A program made the position numbers and the translations under genes. The notes below the pieces were generated by a model. It did no database searches. It saw only the letters and a list, made by a program, of their open reading frames with translations, and had not been told where the DNA came from. Source: Pecten maximus (lineage: Eukaryota). From it: 64,000 bases of DNA. Below are positions 40,001 to 63,000 of this stretch, piece by piece. The first letter of the stretch is position 1. Each line of letters begins with the position of its first letter. The stretch is taken from the NCBI RefSeq assembly GCF_902652985.1, contig NC_047031.1, forward strand, positions 27,900,001-27,964,000. Reading direction: 5' to 3'.

Positions 40001-41040
40001 GAGGATGAGCTGAACAGAAAACCTGTAATTTGGAAAAAATATTAATTATTAATATATAATATATCAAGGGCATACATTTTGTCAGCGATAGTATAAAGAG
40101 GAAGCAGAACATTTCAGCATATTTCTTCGAAATATGAGTAAATATATATATTTTCCTTATAAACGATTTAAAAAAAAGCTTTTCTGATCATCAGGTCACA
40201 TATCCGATAAAGTCACTGACAATTTAACGTGATATATCAACATCTCCAAATACATATGTCATACTTATCAGTAACACTGATGTCAATACAGTTAATTATT
40301 AAGTGTTCAACGCCAATGTTCGCAGTCTGTAAGAAGATTTGATCCTCTGTTACCAATGGTAGTATAAATGAAGAGCCCATTCGGTACATTCGAGACATAT
40401 GGTAAATGCTAAGTGTACAAATGATATTATCATCAAATGCTTTTCACAGTTTCTGATTGGCTAAACATGCTGATTGAATTGGTGTTTCTAAAAATAGATG
40501 AAAACTGAATTATTTCCCCTTGATATTGTCGTAGAATATCTTGCATACTTTTGAAACATGACAAACAATAATTTTGAATATTGAAATTTCAAATCAGCAT
40601 AAGAATTAGTGTAATGAATGCATTTTAATGTATTAGTTTACTTTTGATTGTGTGGTTTTCAACGATATAATGAGTTATTAACAAATGCTTCACGAATCAG
40701 TCTCGATCATCACATGTACAGATTGTACTTGCAATCTGTGGTGCGTGGTTATCAAAATCAAAACTGTCTTTTTAAAATAAAACTATAATGGCCTTTTGAT
40801 ATCGGCAAATACATGGTTTCATTAACCAGAACAAAATAGTAACCTCGGATTTCGTCCTCGGTTGAATTTTTTTTCAGGTTAATAAAACCATGTATCGACT
40901 TTTACAAAAGGCTATAGATGTATATTTTTCAATAATATAGAGTAAAAGAAAACAGATAAGATACAATAAATAGTCGTCTACTTACATTCCACGCCGTATA
41001 ACTGGGAAACTGCTACAATAAACCATGTCCAGGAATCCAT
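37060..41040 (-). CDS. Secreted protein (~349 aa) with three antistasin-like Cys modules and a mucin-like Thr/Ser/Pro domain
   Basis: Exons (minus): 40986-41040, 39813-40022, 39316-39420, 38195-38673, 37676-37874, 37060-37061 (split TAG stop). Signal peptide MDSWTWFIVAVSQLYGVEC. Modules CNNDWMNCHSPCAPSIDFKTGCPHCQC and CPGIFSCMTDCFAGYKSDANGCPLCEC. If the last intron is unspliced, the stop is at 37629. Confidence 0.85.
37300..37630 (+). repeat. Degenerate tandem repeat of a SINE-tail-like unit
   Basis: gtcttcataggacgctaaacaatatcaaac-like unit recurs ~6-7 times. Confidence 0.7.
40783..40917. mobile_element. Degenerate palindromic element in intron 1 of the mucin/antistasin gene
   Basis: ctata..gccttttg...atacatggttt-attaacc is matched by ggttaataaaaccatgtat...caaaaggctatag. 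Confidence 0.5.
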
Positions 41041-42955
41041 TATGCAATGCTATTACTGCTTGGCTGAAATATGGTATCCTTCCCACCGACCACTTGACCT
41101 ATCCACTCTTAGTGACCTTTCGTTCGATCTATGTCCATCAAACCGTTTGTATCAAATTGTATAGCAATATTCTAAAATTTAACATGCATACGAGAAATCT
41201 TATTGACACCATTTTAGATATACATTTACTCTTACATTTTCTTGATCTGCGATTCTACTTATGTTGAGTGATAACATCTGTTAATAAGTACTTAAAACAA
41301 TCCACTACTTATCTAGCCAGATTATATATTATTACAACGCTGTATTTGCGGAAAGCATAGTCAGTTTTAAGTATTTACGAAGATATGCACTTAATATCTA
41401 TTCAATTCCAAGCTATGAAAATTATATCCTGACATAAGCGAAAACGATAATACAATGACACTAGCTTTAAATGACATGGGAGGTAAGATTATGCGACTGA
41501 TGTGCATGGTGTTTTACTTCTGTTTCGCGAAAACTGTTAAATAGTTACTTTTATTCTGCTGGAAGCTAACCAGACTTTAATTAAACACGTATATGATGGT
41601 AAAAACTTTGATTACATTAAGAGAAGACACCCCTTTACTTTACAATTTAATATATATTTACTGTAAATATGTGCACAACGCCTACATATCCTACGCAAAT
41701 GACGTTTCAGTAATTGTTTACGACACCATGCTGTAGTAAGACAATAGTCGGCCTAACAATACTGTAGATATTTAATACCGGTGTCGAGGTCAAGACCTCT
41801 CCGATAAGTAATGGCTATCGTACTTGACCGTGGAATAGAGCATACTTAGGGATACGTAGGTCTCTTTTATCAGCTCCTGCCAGGCGTGCATTGTATTTGC
41901 CACGTTATATGGCACACAATGCAAAAATCGACAGTTTTTTAATACCGTAAATTTGATTATTTTTATTTTCCATTGTGTCGTGTGTCGCTTAATCAATGAA
42001 AGTATAGTCCATGGATAACTTTGATGTTATGGAAGTTGAAAGATAATGTTACTGAGGATTTTCCGTTTAAAACTATATATAGAACAGAATCATTCAATAA
42101 TTTAGAAAAAATAAATGCGTCTTCAACTAATGGGTGTACTCGTCAAGGATATTCGGTGCTTCAGACGTAATCATAATTCAATTTGCATGTTGTATGTTTG
42201 AATGTCGTGTGACAGCCTTATTGTAAACTTTGGTTATATATATTAGTCACTAAACTAGACATTTAACAGTGTTGGTAAGACAGGGTACTATATAATGTAC
42301 ATATGATATTTCCGTAAAACTTTCGTGTTGTATAATGTTTGATGAATTATTTGTTTTTCATTGCAAAACAATTTAGTATAAAATGTTCTGTACTTTATGT
42401 CATATTTCAGTTATGACTTTGTTTATCATCTACAATGCTTTTCAAAACATTCAGAAGATTAAATTATATAGTCTAATCACGTGCATACCAGTAATAGGTT
42501 CACGTTTTCATTGCATGGTCTAATACAGGAACCGTGATATATAGAATTTAATAACTCATTGTGCATGCGATATCGATATTTATGTCATTTATAAATTATG
42601 TGAAGTTTTTTAATATTAAGTATCAAAAATCTCATTGTACATACGATATTTATGTTTATGCCATTTATTCAGTATGTGTAGTTTTATAATAGATCGCTTA
42701 ATTGATGAAAATGTAAATGATATCACTGCGACGAAGTATTACATACTACACGGACATCTGTATCGTGTTTAAATATAAACTTAGAGATCCTTAACTACAA
42801 TGTACTAATCGATTAAAGATGAACGATGGATTTTACTGTCCGTAAGAACTTTAAACTGTCTAACATAAAGACTGATTATATAAACAACGATACACAAGAC
42901 AACGATACAATGTTTATTTTGTAGACAATGCTTACATAATATATTTGTATCACAT

Positions 42956-45900
42956 TCAACTCCAAATGTCTTCATACCACGACGACTTGCCATTTTCTGA
43001 AATGATAAAGTCATAATTGTTACACTTCCCTAAATTCGTCTGTTAGTGTTACTTTGTTTTACCTGCATGCTATCTCGTTACTAAATTATCTGATCTCCAT
43101 ATGTTTGAATATTTGATAGATGAAGCCATGTGTATGTACTTGTCCCAAATGTAAGATTTTTACAGAAAGTTGCAATCTTGTGGAATGAAAGCATGTATTA
43201 TGGAAATTATGAAGATTTTAGAGATGTCATTTTTGATTGCATTGAACGAAAAGACGATTCAAAAGATTCAAAATAAGGCATAAACAATTCAAAATAAGGC
43301 CATATTTAAAAATGAAATATAGCCGGTAATAGTTATCATGATCAATTGAACACAAGCATGGATTATTGTATATCTTGTTGTAAAGTAATTCTCAAAGTAG
43401 TGTATCTTGTTAATTCATTGGGGGAAAATGAATTTAGAAAGTCTTAGTCCGTCTCTGCTTGGGCTACTGAATTTTCGATATAATAAGTGATAATTTCATG
43501 ACAATATTATTTTCATTATTTATTAATTTGTCAATTATTTATAAGTTCTATAGTTTGTCTGGTGCTTAATCCCTTTTTGTCACAAGGTATGTATAAACTG
43601 TATCGGCTAAAATCTTTAATTGCATGTACACATGACAAACTTACCGCAGATACAGATGGTACATCCAGCCTCATCAAATCCGACACACTGGCTCGGACAG
43701 TCGCTAGGATTGGAACGACATCCGGTTTGTTCTGAATGGAAACCGGAAGTAAATATCACTTAACAACGACAATTACTATCTTTATTGTCAGTCAACAGTT
43801 ACATACACATGCATTGTACGTGTCTATCCGTTGTTTCGTGTATGACATACATTCATTATGCAGTTTTCGTTTTCCCCGTGTTGTTCCCTCAAATGAATTG
43901 TACTTTAAATACAAACTGGCAAGCTATACCGATGTACCTCGTCGGGAATAACCGGAGAATGAACGGCTGGCTGAATTGGCTATCTCTGACATGCCTTTAA
44001 ATGTTCGTACAACCAGTTACCTTTTCTCCCAAAAAAATGATTGCACAGTCCGTTTGGTAATTAAATTTTAATAGGGGAGTTGACATAATATGATATTAAG
44101 TCATATAATAATTAATAACCTGTTTTGTCGGTACTTACTGGTATCGGATTCGCCATTGCTACTTTGTTCATGCGTTGTTACGTGGGGTTGTTTGCTGTCA
44201 CCATCTAATGATATAAATACATGTACAGTGATATTGTTCAAAAGAAGGCACACATAGGGTTTTAAAATAAGATATGCGAAATAAAAAGAGAATCTACTCT
44301 GTAAGTAATATCCAGAAGGTAACTATATCAAACAAATACCATTACGTTTATGAAAAGGAAGCTATTTGGAATCATAACAATAGCGTATGGAATTTACTTG
44401 TACTGGTGCAGGTTGTATACAAGCTGATGTATGGAAGAGAAGTATAAAAGTAAAACTGAATCATTAATATTTGAATATATGGAAGGATCCTCGGGTTTCT
44501 CAACGCTGACCTTCTTTCCTCTATTATTCGAGCTGAGAGAAGAAACAAGAACAATAATTAAGACAGGTGTTTGTACACTTACTACAGGTACAGACAGGTA
44601 ATGTTTGTACACTTACTACAGATACAGACAGGTATTGTTTGTACACTTACTACAGATACAGATAGGTATTGTTTGTATACTTACTACAGGTACAGACAGG
44701 ACACAGATTGTTGGGGTCGATGGTTATACATCTGTGACGACATCGTGTCCAGGTTACCTAACAAACACCAGTGTCTTGGTCATCACCTGTAGTCGTGGCT
44801 GTTCCTATCGACAATAAACCATCTAGATAAATAAACCGATGAATTATAGATATTTTATCGTCATTTTACCATGATCACAATTAGATTAAACACTAATAAA
44901 GCATAACATATTTGTGTAGACACAAGGGATATACAGTGATATTTTCTTTGTACTCTACTGTGTCAAAACTCTAGGTATTTTGTACATCTTATAACTATGT
45001 ATTATAGTATTTTGGAATGTATCATCGGTTGAGATTGTTGCATAGATTCTTTGATACGGGAGGCGCTCGAAATGCAATCAGGACTATCTGTCGAATAAAG
45101 GTAAAGAGGAAACTATTCAACAATACTTTTTAGTGGCTATGTGAAATATTGTCCTCGTAGTCTATTTTATTGAAATTAATTAACGTATTTAAATGTACGC
45201 TTTTACTTGAAGGGATATGTTGTGTCTCCCCTCTTACACCAGATATTCCATCAGATCTCCCTCCTGATCCTCCAGAGATTCCATGTGACATTCCTAAGGA
45301 CCCTGGAAATTCCCATAGCTCAGATTGTACCTCGGGTCTTTCACCTAAAGAATACACACATGGAACTATTTCTACATAGAATAGCCTTATGTCATATATA
45401 GCCATAAATGATATATATGTATAATTGTCTCGTTTAATAGCGATTTACATCCTATCTATACAAAAAAAAAAGAATTACAAGACAGCGAATTTTGTGTTGC
45501 AAATTTAACAACCGTTTTAGTTTAAATTGTTGCGTACCTAACTGAACTGTCATGTCGCAAGGCAATCGCAATGGCTGCGGTATTTCTTACAACGGTAGAG
45601 TCAATCAGGGGGCAGATATTCTAATGACTTGGGTATGTCATACTAAGGGTCGGATACTTTCGTGAGTTAGAGTAAGGATTATGAAATTATAAACACGTTT
45701 CAAAACAAATTGAGAGTTACAGTAGAGCCACCACTGAATAAATCATGCTTCTGTATCTTCAGCTAAAGGCAAAACGTGAGACGGTGCCAATGGAGATATT
45801 AGGAAGAAGAAAGCTGTTAAAGATAATTCTGAATTTAGCCGCCTCTTACGATCATGCGATTTAAGCTGCAGGTATAATTCTTACGCCTAATTGAATATTT

Positions 45901-47780
45901 CAACAAACCTTGAACACTATTTGACTGTGCCATCGTACTCTGCAAGCTCGTCATACCACCAGGGCCAAACTTTGGTGGGTTGCCCGAGCCGGACACTATC
46001 CCCGATGAGAACATTGTTTCAGCCAGGTGGCCTAAATTAGTATCAACATAAGTATAATATACATGTACTATATATAGAGGTTACACAACGAGTTGTTGTT
46101 GGATATGGAACTTAATTCTCACTTGGAAGTTATTTCTTAAAGTTACAAAAGACACGAGCTCTAGTGAGTGTCTCTTATTTCGCGTATGCAAATACGGTGT
46201 ATTGGTGACCCCGCGACCCGGTGATTTGACGTCATTTGATTATTGATGACGTCAATAACAATTGCAGCTCGGGTCAAAGTTCGAATTCTTGACCAATGAC
46301 AAGATCGGAAAATTAAATTAAACTAGTTGAATATAACATATATATATATATATCAAACAGTCGGCACATTTATACAATAGCTTGAGAGTGGACTATATTG
46401 GTAGAAACATGAATCTACAGAAAACATTATCTTTTGAATGAGTTTGAAGGGTCTGTATTTCAGTATGTATTATTCAGGTTATATCTTCGATGTATTGTAG
46501 CTGATTATGAATCGTCAATATTTTCTTTTCAAGATCAGTATACATATCATTCATCGTATTGAAATGAATTTGTCTAAGATAAGTATGATATACATGTATA
46601 ATATTATTTCACTAAACGCGCAAGGCAGGTATAAGATAGATTCTATAAATATATCGAAAAAAATAAAGCTTTTTTTATTTCAATTATTAATGTCCACCCT
46701 CATACCTAATGATGTCGTAGTTCATTATACACTTTGGACATTGAAAAAAATCATAAATACGCCGAAAATCACCTGTATTATAATTAGTTGAATGTCCAAT
46801 GCTGTGCATGCTGGACGCCAATCCACCGGAGACCATGTTTTGTTGTGTCTGGAAGAAGGGGTTCCGAACGGCTTCCTGGTTATGCGACACCTCTGTTGTC
46901 ATACTTTGACCATTATTAAAACTGAGGTGTTGAGACATAGAAGCAGGATTGGAAACACTCTGATGGTTGTTGATATTATTGGAGTCTCCAGTTTCCGTTA
47001 AACTTGCAGCCATAAATGGGCTGGTGTTATCTTGGTTGTAGTTATCTCCCTTTTTCTGAAGATTACACATAAATGGGATACCGTAACAATCCGACATCAT
47101 AGTGTCAAAGAACAGTCCTACAAATAGAAATATTGGTAATAACTCATCAAGACTTTATAATACAGTCATAATGATTTACACATTTACCATACAATAATGA
47201 CATTAAATAATTTTTAATTCAGTTTTTTTTAATTTCTTCTCTTTTTGTTTCAGGGAATTCTTCTTGACAGCTTATAATTAGTGTTGTCTGGCTCTAAACG
47301 ACCGCACACAAATTAAGGTATATATAGAAAAAAAACTAAAAAACTAAAAAGGAATTTCTGTAGAATATTTACAGGCCCGAGGGATATTTTTATCAACTTG
47401 CATTCTTCAGCTACTAATTAGCGTCAAGCATTCAAGTTCAAGTAATAAAATTCATGTCCTGATGAAAGATGAAAGCGAGAACGTAAGTTGACGCTAAACA
47501 TAACAACAACTGTATTAATCAGTTAATATAAACAATGTAAGAGTTCGTTATATGTTTTATGTTTTGTTTTCATGTCGAAACTGTAATAAGTGAATTTGAA
47601 AGTATCAGTTAAGCATTAAATGCGTTATTGCGTATAATTACAAGGTATAAATTTATATTTTGTACAAAAAACATTCTTGTAAATTTTATTTCATGTAAAA
47701 ATTAATCATTTTAAGATGAAATATTTACCTTGGATGACACATGATTGAATAAGAAGAAGAGCAGGTAAGGTATATTCCAT
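42956..47780 (-). CDS. Third antistasin-module secreted protein (~338 codons) with an in-frame TAG; possible pseudogene or null allele
   Basis: Exons (minus): 47729-47780, 46773-47117, 45909-46031, 45207-45371, 44685-44822, 44139-44204, 43645-43731, 42956-42996. Signal peptide MEYTLPALLLIQSCVIQG. Modules GVC*VTWTRCRHRCITIDPNNLCPVCTC (TAG at 44758-44760) and GCRSNPSDCPSQCVGFDEAGCTICIC. AATAAA at ~42913. Confidence 0.72.
45760..45890 (-). mobile_element. Fragment of the 5' part of the SINE family seen at 6175-6706
   Basis: ctaaaggc..aa.gtgag..gtg..aa.ggaga..ttaggaagaagaaa and gcctcttacgatcatgc...gcaggta.aattcttacgcc match 6550-6695. Confidence 0.75.
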
Positions 47781-48258
47781 ATTTTCGTCTTTAGATTCGG
47801 TTCTTCAGGTGTTTACACGAATACGGATTATCAGTTACGAGCGTAGAAGGGGCATAACTCTGTTTACCTTTAACAGGTGGCTGACTGATAGCCTATCGAT
47901 TACTTGATACATATTGTCAAGTGAGATCACAATTAGTTCTGTATCTTCAGTTTATATGATAGTGTGACCTTAGTCGCCTTCCATTTCCCTTGTTTACCTG
48001 TATCTGTGACGTCACACTGGACAACTTGCAACGACAGGTGACTAGAAACACCTGGAGTGTCCATATACCATTATGGGAATTGGGATGATCTATTGATGAA
48101 ACAGTAATATATCCAATACTTCTGAATATGTTTAGTATACAATGATGTCATAATCTGTATACAACCATATCTTTCTCTGAAAACAATGATGATGCAGGAA
48201 ACAGTTTATCACTAATTGGTAACAAGTGCCGCTTTCAAAATGGCATCTGATATATTCT

Positions 48259-48262
<4 letters not shown>

Positions 48263-48297
<35 letters not shown>
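48263..48297. repeat. (TG)n microsatellite
   Basis: About 17 TG units. Confidence 0.95.
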
Positions 48298-48300
<3 letters not shown>

Positions 48301-49097
48301 TGTTTTTTTTTAGGTTCATATAAATTTTATTTTTCTAAGTCGCAAACATATACATCAATGTCCTCGTGTAAGAGGGTTATCATTCGCCATACTTCAATCA
48401 TTCCAGTGCATGTAGGCATAATACTCTTTCTCGATCTCTCTCCCATTCACACATCCATATATACCTCGCCCTTTCGCACGGCATTTACATCAAAAACATA
48501 CCATGTATATTATCATTACTAATCCTTCGTATAAAGTATATAACGTATGTATGTAGATATGCCTTAAAATTAAGTATGTTTGTTATAAATGTGCGTATAT
48601 TTGAAGATATATTCTTAATAATCAACATAGTGTCTATTTACAGTTTATTCTAGTAACAATTGAAATGTATAAAATGTGCACGAAAGTCAACAGGTACACA
48701 TGACCTCCCCATACGTAGTAAATACTCATGAGGGGATGAGTCGGGGATTACCGACAGGTCAAGAAAGACTAAAGGACTGTAATATGATTGTAAAGGACGA
48801 TTAATGAAAAGTTAAAGGCAATGATAACTTGGTACATTAAGATTATATCAACGTGTTTCTGTTAAAATATTTAGATAACGTACGAGTATGCATATGACCG
48901 TTTTTATCTGCGGTAAACACACTATCAGATAAACTAAAACGCGGGAGTCCCGTGTTCTATCATCAAATCTGCATCACGTGAAATTAAGATAATATCCATT
49001 TACTATAGTTTGCACTTTATCGCACACCTATCACTAACAAATAAACAGTTCATTTACGACAACGTTTGCTACCTGTTGTGGATACGAATCATTGAAG

Positions 49098-57967
<8,870 letters not shown>

Positions 57968-59665
57968 ATCATAAGGAAATCACCACCAAACACATTGTAG
58001 TGTAATTATCGAATCGTGAAATACAATGTTACAGTGCCATAATAAATCAACTCCAACAACAACATTGTCACATCACTGTAATTGAGGACTGGTCCGTCGT
58101 GAGAGTAAGAGCACACATCAATGTTTTCCTCTTCACCAGACATCATCTTGTATTAAAATCTTTGTCAAAATAATCCGTAGTCTATTTATTGTATACCATG
58201 TTTTTCCTATTATCTTTCCGCGAAAGTCCACTTTGCACCAAGGTAGACAGCTGTTGTCGGTTTGCTAACATACACTATGTACATCCATTATCAGTATAAT
58301 AGCTCTGAGGTTATATAGCGACGTAAATCAGGTTTACAATGTGTATGTTATATAATCGCTATACTGAGAGTAGTGACACCGGTGATCCTTCAGCCATTTA
58401 ACATTCATGATGTACAAATGTATAGTGTGAAATGGAGACATGCACTTCCTGAAGTATTTGCTTTAAATAAAGATGTATAGGAAATAGTGTTTGTTATTCT
58501 GTTTACTGTAGTGTGTAAGTGTTGTTGTATCATAAACCTGGGCTTCCTTTCTAATCACTACAATTACAAGGAGGCAAAATTATTTTATTGTGAAATTTGT
58601 CAAACTAAAAAACTTACATTTTTAATGCAGCTTTGGGCAGTGAAAATATAAGATTTTGCAATAAAATATTAGATTTTGCAAAGAAAATATAAGTTTTTTT
58701 TTTCGTTTTTGACCAATAAGAGCTAATATTTGTATTCACCTCATTGAAAGTTGCCAATTTTCCCGATCGATGCGAAGATAGATAAATGGGTATTTTGCTG
58801 TAATTCTGAATTGTGTGTTTTTTTTGTTTTTTTTTTTGTTTTTTTTTTTTTGGACAAAATATTCACTTGACGTTTACTTTTCAACCACAAATTCTCCGAA
58901 AACAGCGGAACACGCTTAGATTGCGTTGATCAGTCATTTCAAATGGCACAGTCAAGTTAAAATATATGTGATATTCAACCAATCAATATCTTCTTATTAT
59001 TTTTGATTAATATGCCTGTCCTGTTGGGTGTATATTTTTGTAGTAATCATTTGTAGGAATTCTCTGAAATGAATTCACTACTGCTTTGTTGTGTAAGGGG
59101 CGTTATATCATAAACATAGGTATCCTTACATATCCAGAACTTTTTCGTATCTCTACACTAGTCAATATACTTTTACTGTATGTAAGAAATAATGCTTTGG
59201 TATCAAATGATGGAAACTAAAACGGAATCAATGCTATCAAAACACGAGCAAGTATTTCTAGAATAGTGTTTCAACTATCGTCAGATTTATATCATTTCGT
59301 GAGGCTGAAGATATTCTCTGATATTATTTACGGATTATACATTTGACTGCAAAGAGGATATCTATCAGTGTCTTCGGTATACCAAATATTTTTCACCAGT
59401 GAAAAAGTTAAGAATCTTAGCCACAATAGTGAAATATATGTGTTATTACTAAAGATACTGTTGGGTGATGATAGATATTCTGTTGATAGCAAGCAAGGCA
59501 TTGCTTGGTCAAATCAGAAAAAAGTGTTTTTTCATTAGTGAAAAATATCAGAAAAAGTAACATTTTTTTCACAAGTAAAAAATATCACTTTTGTAGAATG
59601 AATCATTTTCAATAGTTCACCGGTAATAATGTAATAACTTCGTATATGTATTTTGTGATCTCTCA

Positions 59666-60073
59666 TTACACAATCCAGTCCTGGCCAGGTGTGTACATGT
59701 TTATATTCCCTGAGTGAGAGAGTGGAATGAATGACCGCCGAACACATGTGACTGTGCATGCATCACGAGTATTCTCGAAGGTGCATGCGCAGCAACATAT
59801 TTTCGCACACCTCAACCCATTACCCAAGACATACAACAAGGTAAAACCATTGCCGGACACTTGACCCTTAAACCTGGCATTATTCAGCATATTAAAAGAC
59901 ATCAAAGAACCTTTACTAGAGTAGGTGTGTTGTCAGTCAATCTACTGCTTGCATTTTGATTTAAGGGTACACCGGCTTATCTCTGATATAAAACAACCAT
60001 GTTAACTTTCATATAGCAAAACAAAAAAATACTGATTACTACCGGCCGGTATTAGTAAATATAACAAATACAT
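59666..60073 (-). CDS. Candidate small secreted Cys-rich protein (2 exons, ~90 aa)
   Basis: Possible exons 60043-60073 (MYLLYLLIPA, weak donor gtagta) and 59666-59910 (GSLMSFNMLNNARFKGQVSGNGFTLLYVLGNGLRCAKICCCACTFENTRDACTVTCV...DWIV*). The phases match. Confidence 0.3.
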
Positions 60074-63000
60074 AACTAAGTTTAAATTAAAAAAAAAATG
60101 CTGCGAATGGCATATTCATTATGGTTATAAAACAGACAATCTACATACAATTTAGTTTCATATTGTATTTCGAAAATAACAAAGTTGTGCAATTAAAGAT
60201 AGTGTTGAGGCATTCAAGGGTGATGGTCATGTTATGCCATTATGTAAATACTTGATTTGAACGTAATTACAAACCTGGAGATAACGCTGAGATTACAGTT
60301 ATGATCTTGAACCTGAATGTAAGTGGATACCGATATATGACAAGATACCCCTGTTGTCAGGCACATTGTTTAATTAAAACACTGCTTATCGCTGTCTTCT
60401 GTACATCTGTGCCTTTATTTGTGAGAAGACAGGACTAGGTCATTGGGTACACGACTAGTTTGTTTTATTTATACCAATAATTTAGGCAAAAGTTAATTAA
60501 ACTATTTTAATGAACTTGATATAAAACAAAGTAAGGCGATGAATTAGAGGACGCTTGCCATCCGGAACGTCGAGGCCCATTTGTTCTAATGGTAATTAGC
60601 TTAATCACTGGGTTAGTGCAAATATAATTTCCCCTTCTCTTGAAGACACGGGTTTGTGTTATTCTTAAAAAATTGGATAGGAAGAGATTGACAAGTGCTA
60701 TAGTTACATACAATAACAAAATAATTTTACCACAAACGATTTTTTCAATATTGTAATACTGTTGTTAAACTATGATTAGCTGTAGTCACATTTTAAAAGA
60801 ACTGGATTTTGTCTTATTTTGTGTTAATTGTCAGTGTCTGTCTTCCCCCCTCCTTCATTGTTATTTTGTTGGTATTCTCTGTTGCTTCAGTATAATGTTC
60901 AATCAATTAATTAGATATGCTACATCGCAGACAGCGTGTACACTGTTTCTAACAAAATACATATAATTGCATCCACAATACAGAAATAAATTTAAAAAAA
61001 AAACTAACATCGTCCCAATAATGATCGCTAATCTGCATGGAGCATGTACACACAATAGAGAAATGTGACAGAATAAGATTAGTTTATTGAGTGTGTTGCT
61101 AACGTAAAGTATGAGTTTTAAATTGTAATCTATTATAATCGTTTTCAATCAATTAAATTTACTTTGTTTCGGAGGTGTAGCATGTTAAAATATAATATTT
61201 CTGTGTCACGATTTTGTGACAAATGTTACATAATAATTATGTTATCGAATTCCCATATTGATATAATACCCTGTGTCCCCTCAGTTCGGGTCATATAGGA
61301 TACCTACATTCCAGGGTGTCTAATATGATGTCAACCCTCGTTATCTGTCAAGGACAATGTTCTCTCACCGCTGCCTGACCCATATCACTTCAATAATTTG
61401 ATTAAATGTCACTGGCCTATCAGGTCACTAATGCTGGGTACTTTGTTTTGGGTTAAAGGGTTCTATCAACAGCTTTTGTCGCTAGGTACATTGTATTTTG
61501 TTTGGGGTTTAGCGTTCTATCAACAGCTTTTGTCGCTTGATAATTTGTTTACGGTAAAAATGCCCCAACAACAGCCTTTGTGGCTTGGTACTTTGTTTTT
61601 TTTTAAGTTGATGCAGTCACTCAAAATGTGGCCATTTTGAAACGTCTTTACGACGAAACGTTACTCCGTTTCGGTGTTTACCTGTACTAAGTTAAACAAC
61701 GTTTTACCTATTTAAATCGTGATGCATTTTCTTTCATAATTTCCCACACATCATGTTAATTATTAGCCATTTATTATAGGATAATTATATGCCCCGTTAT
61801 TCATTCTTACATTTATATCAGGCCAGCTTTGATTTCCATCACATCCTTTTGGGATGTTGACGATTTGTTTTGCTTGAATTTGTTTTTCTTTTTTTTTATT
61901 TCCTTGTGCCATCTGAAGGCAGACATGTATAATGCTTGTGGTCATGCCTAGTGGTTCCGTTGTCATCAACCATTTTGTAAATGTTGACAAACCTGTACCA
62001 CGAATTGACCTAGATTTGATTGACGGGTGTCGATTAATCAGAAACACCCGATTCAAATTGTTATGTAATTCGTCAAGTCAAGTATTTTTCATGAAATGTT
62101 TTTTTATTAATATATGTATATTTAAAAAAAAAATTACTGGTTGATTTATTTTCTTTTTTCCATTTATTTGTTGTTGTTGATTCGTAGTTATTCTGTCAAC
62201 ATTTTCTATTGTTTTCATATATTAAAAAGTAATTAACCATTATTTCCTTTGCTCAAGCCATGTCAATTCCATACATTATACATCTTACTATGATCATTCA
62301 GTTACATATTGTAGCAACCCTCAATATACCCAAACATCCACAAACACTATTTATTTCATTGCACTCCCTCAGTAAATACTTACACAAACACCTGGATTCA
62401 CCGGGCGTATTTTAGCTGTAATCATATTCATATCAAAGTTCATATCTTGGCAGTGATCTTTTAAAGCGGTTGTTGTGCTGAAAATATTATGCTAAAATAT
62501 GACTGCAGTAACTTTAAGTAGTTTCGATATGATAGAGAGTTCAGCGATTTCAACTTAATATTTGAATACTTGATAAAGTTTAGTTTAGTTTAAACATATT
62601 TTATTGTATCAAATATATACAATAGGATTGGGCACAAGTTTTCCAACTTATATCAAGCCCTTTCCATACAATATTATATAACACTTACAAAATATACAAG
62701 ATGACATTAACAATAAAATAATTATTTAGTGTGGAAGTGTGGATAAGGGAAGGGTAAGGATGGGGTGTAAGAAGGTGCAAGTATGTGAAAAGAATGTGAC
62801 AATCTCCTTCATTTTAATTCTTTTATGAAATAATTTAGACGTTTCCACTAGTAATTGAAACATCCTTTTTAAGACTGCGTGAATGATTTTTCTCGACCCA
62901 GATGGCACAAGTACACAATCCACTACTCGTAACTTTGATAAAGGACATGCGTTTTATTTTGCCATTGTTTTATAAAGTATATAGTAAGCTTGTGTATGAT

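Noticed and set aside
44394-44535. Possible extra exon of the third antistasin gene
   Set aside because: AG/GT sites and an open frame exist, but the peptide does not resemble the rest of the protein and is not needed for frame.
61763-62923. Short ORFs near the window end
   Set aside because: No consistent splice chain or recognisable domain.
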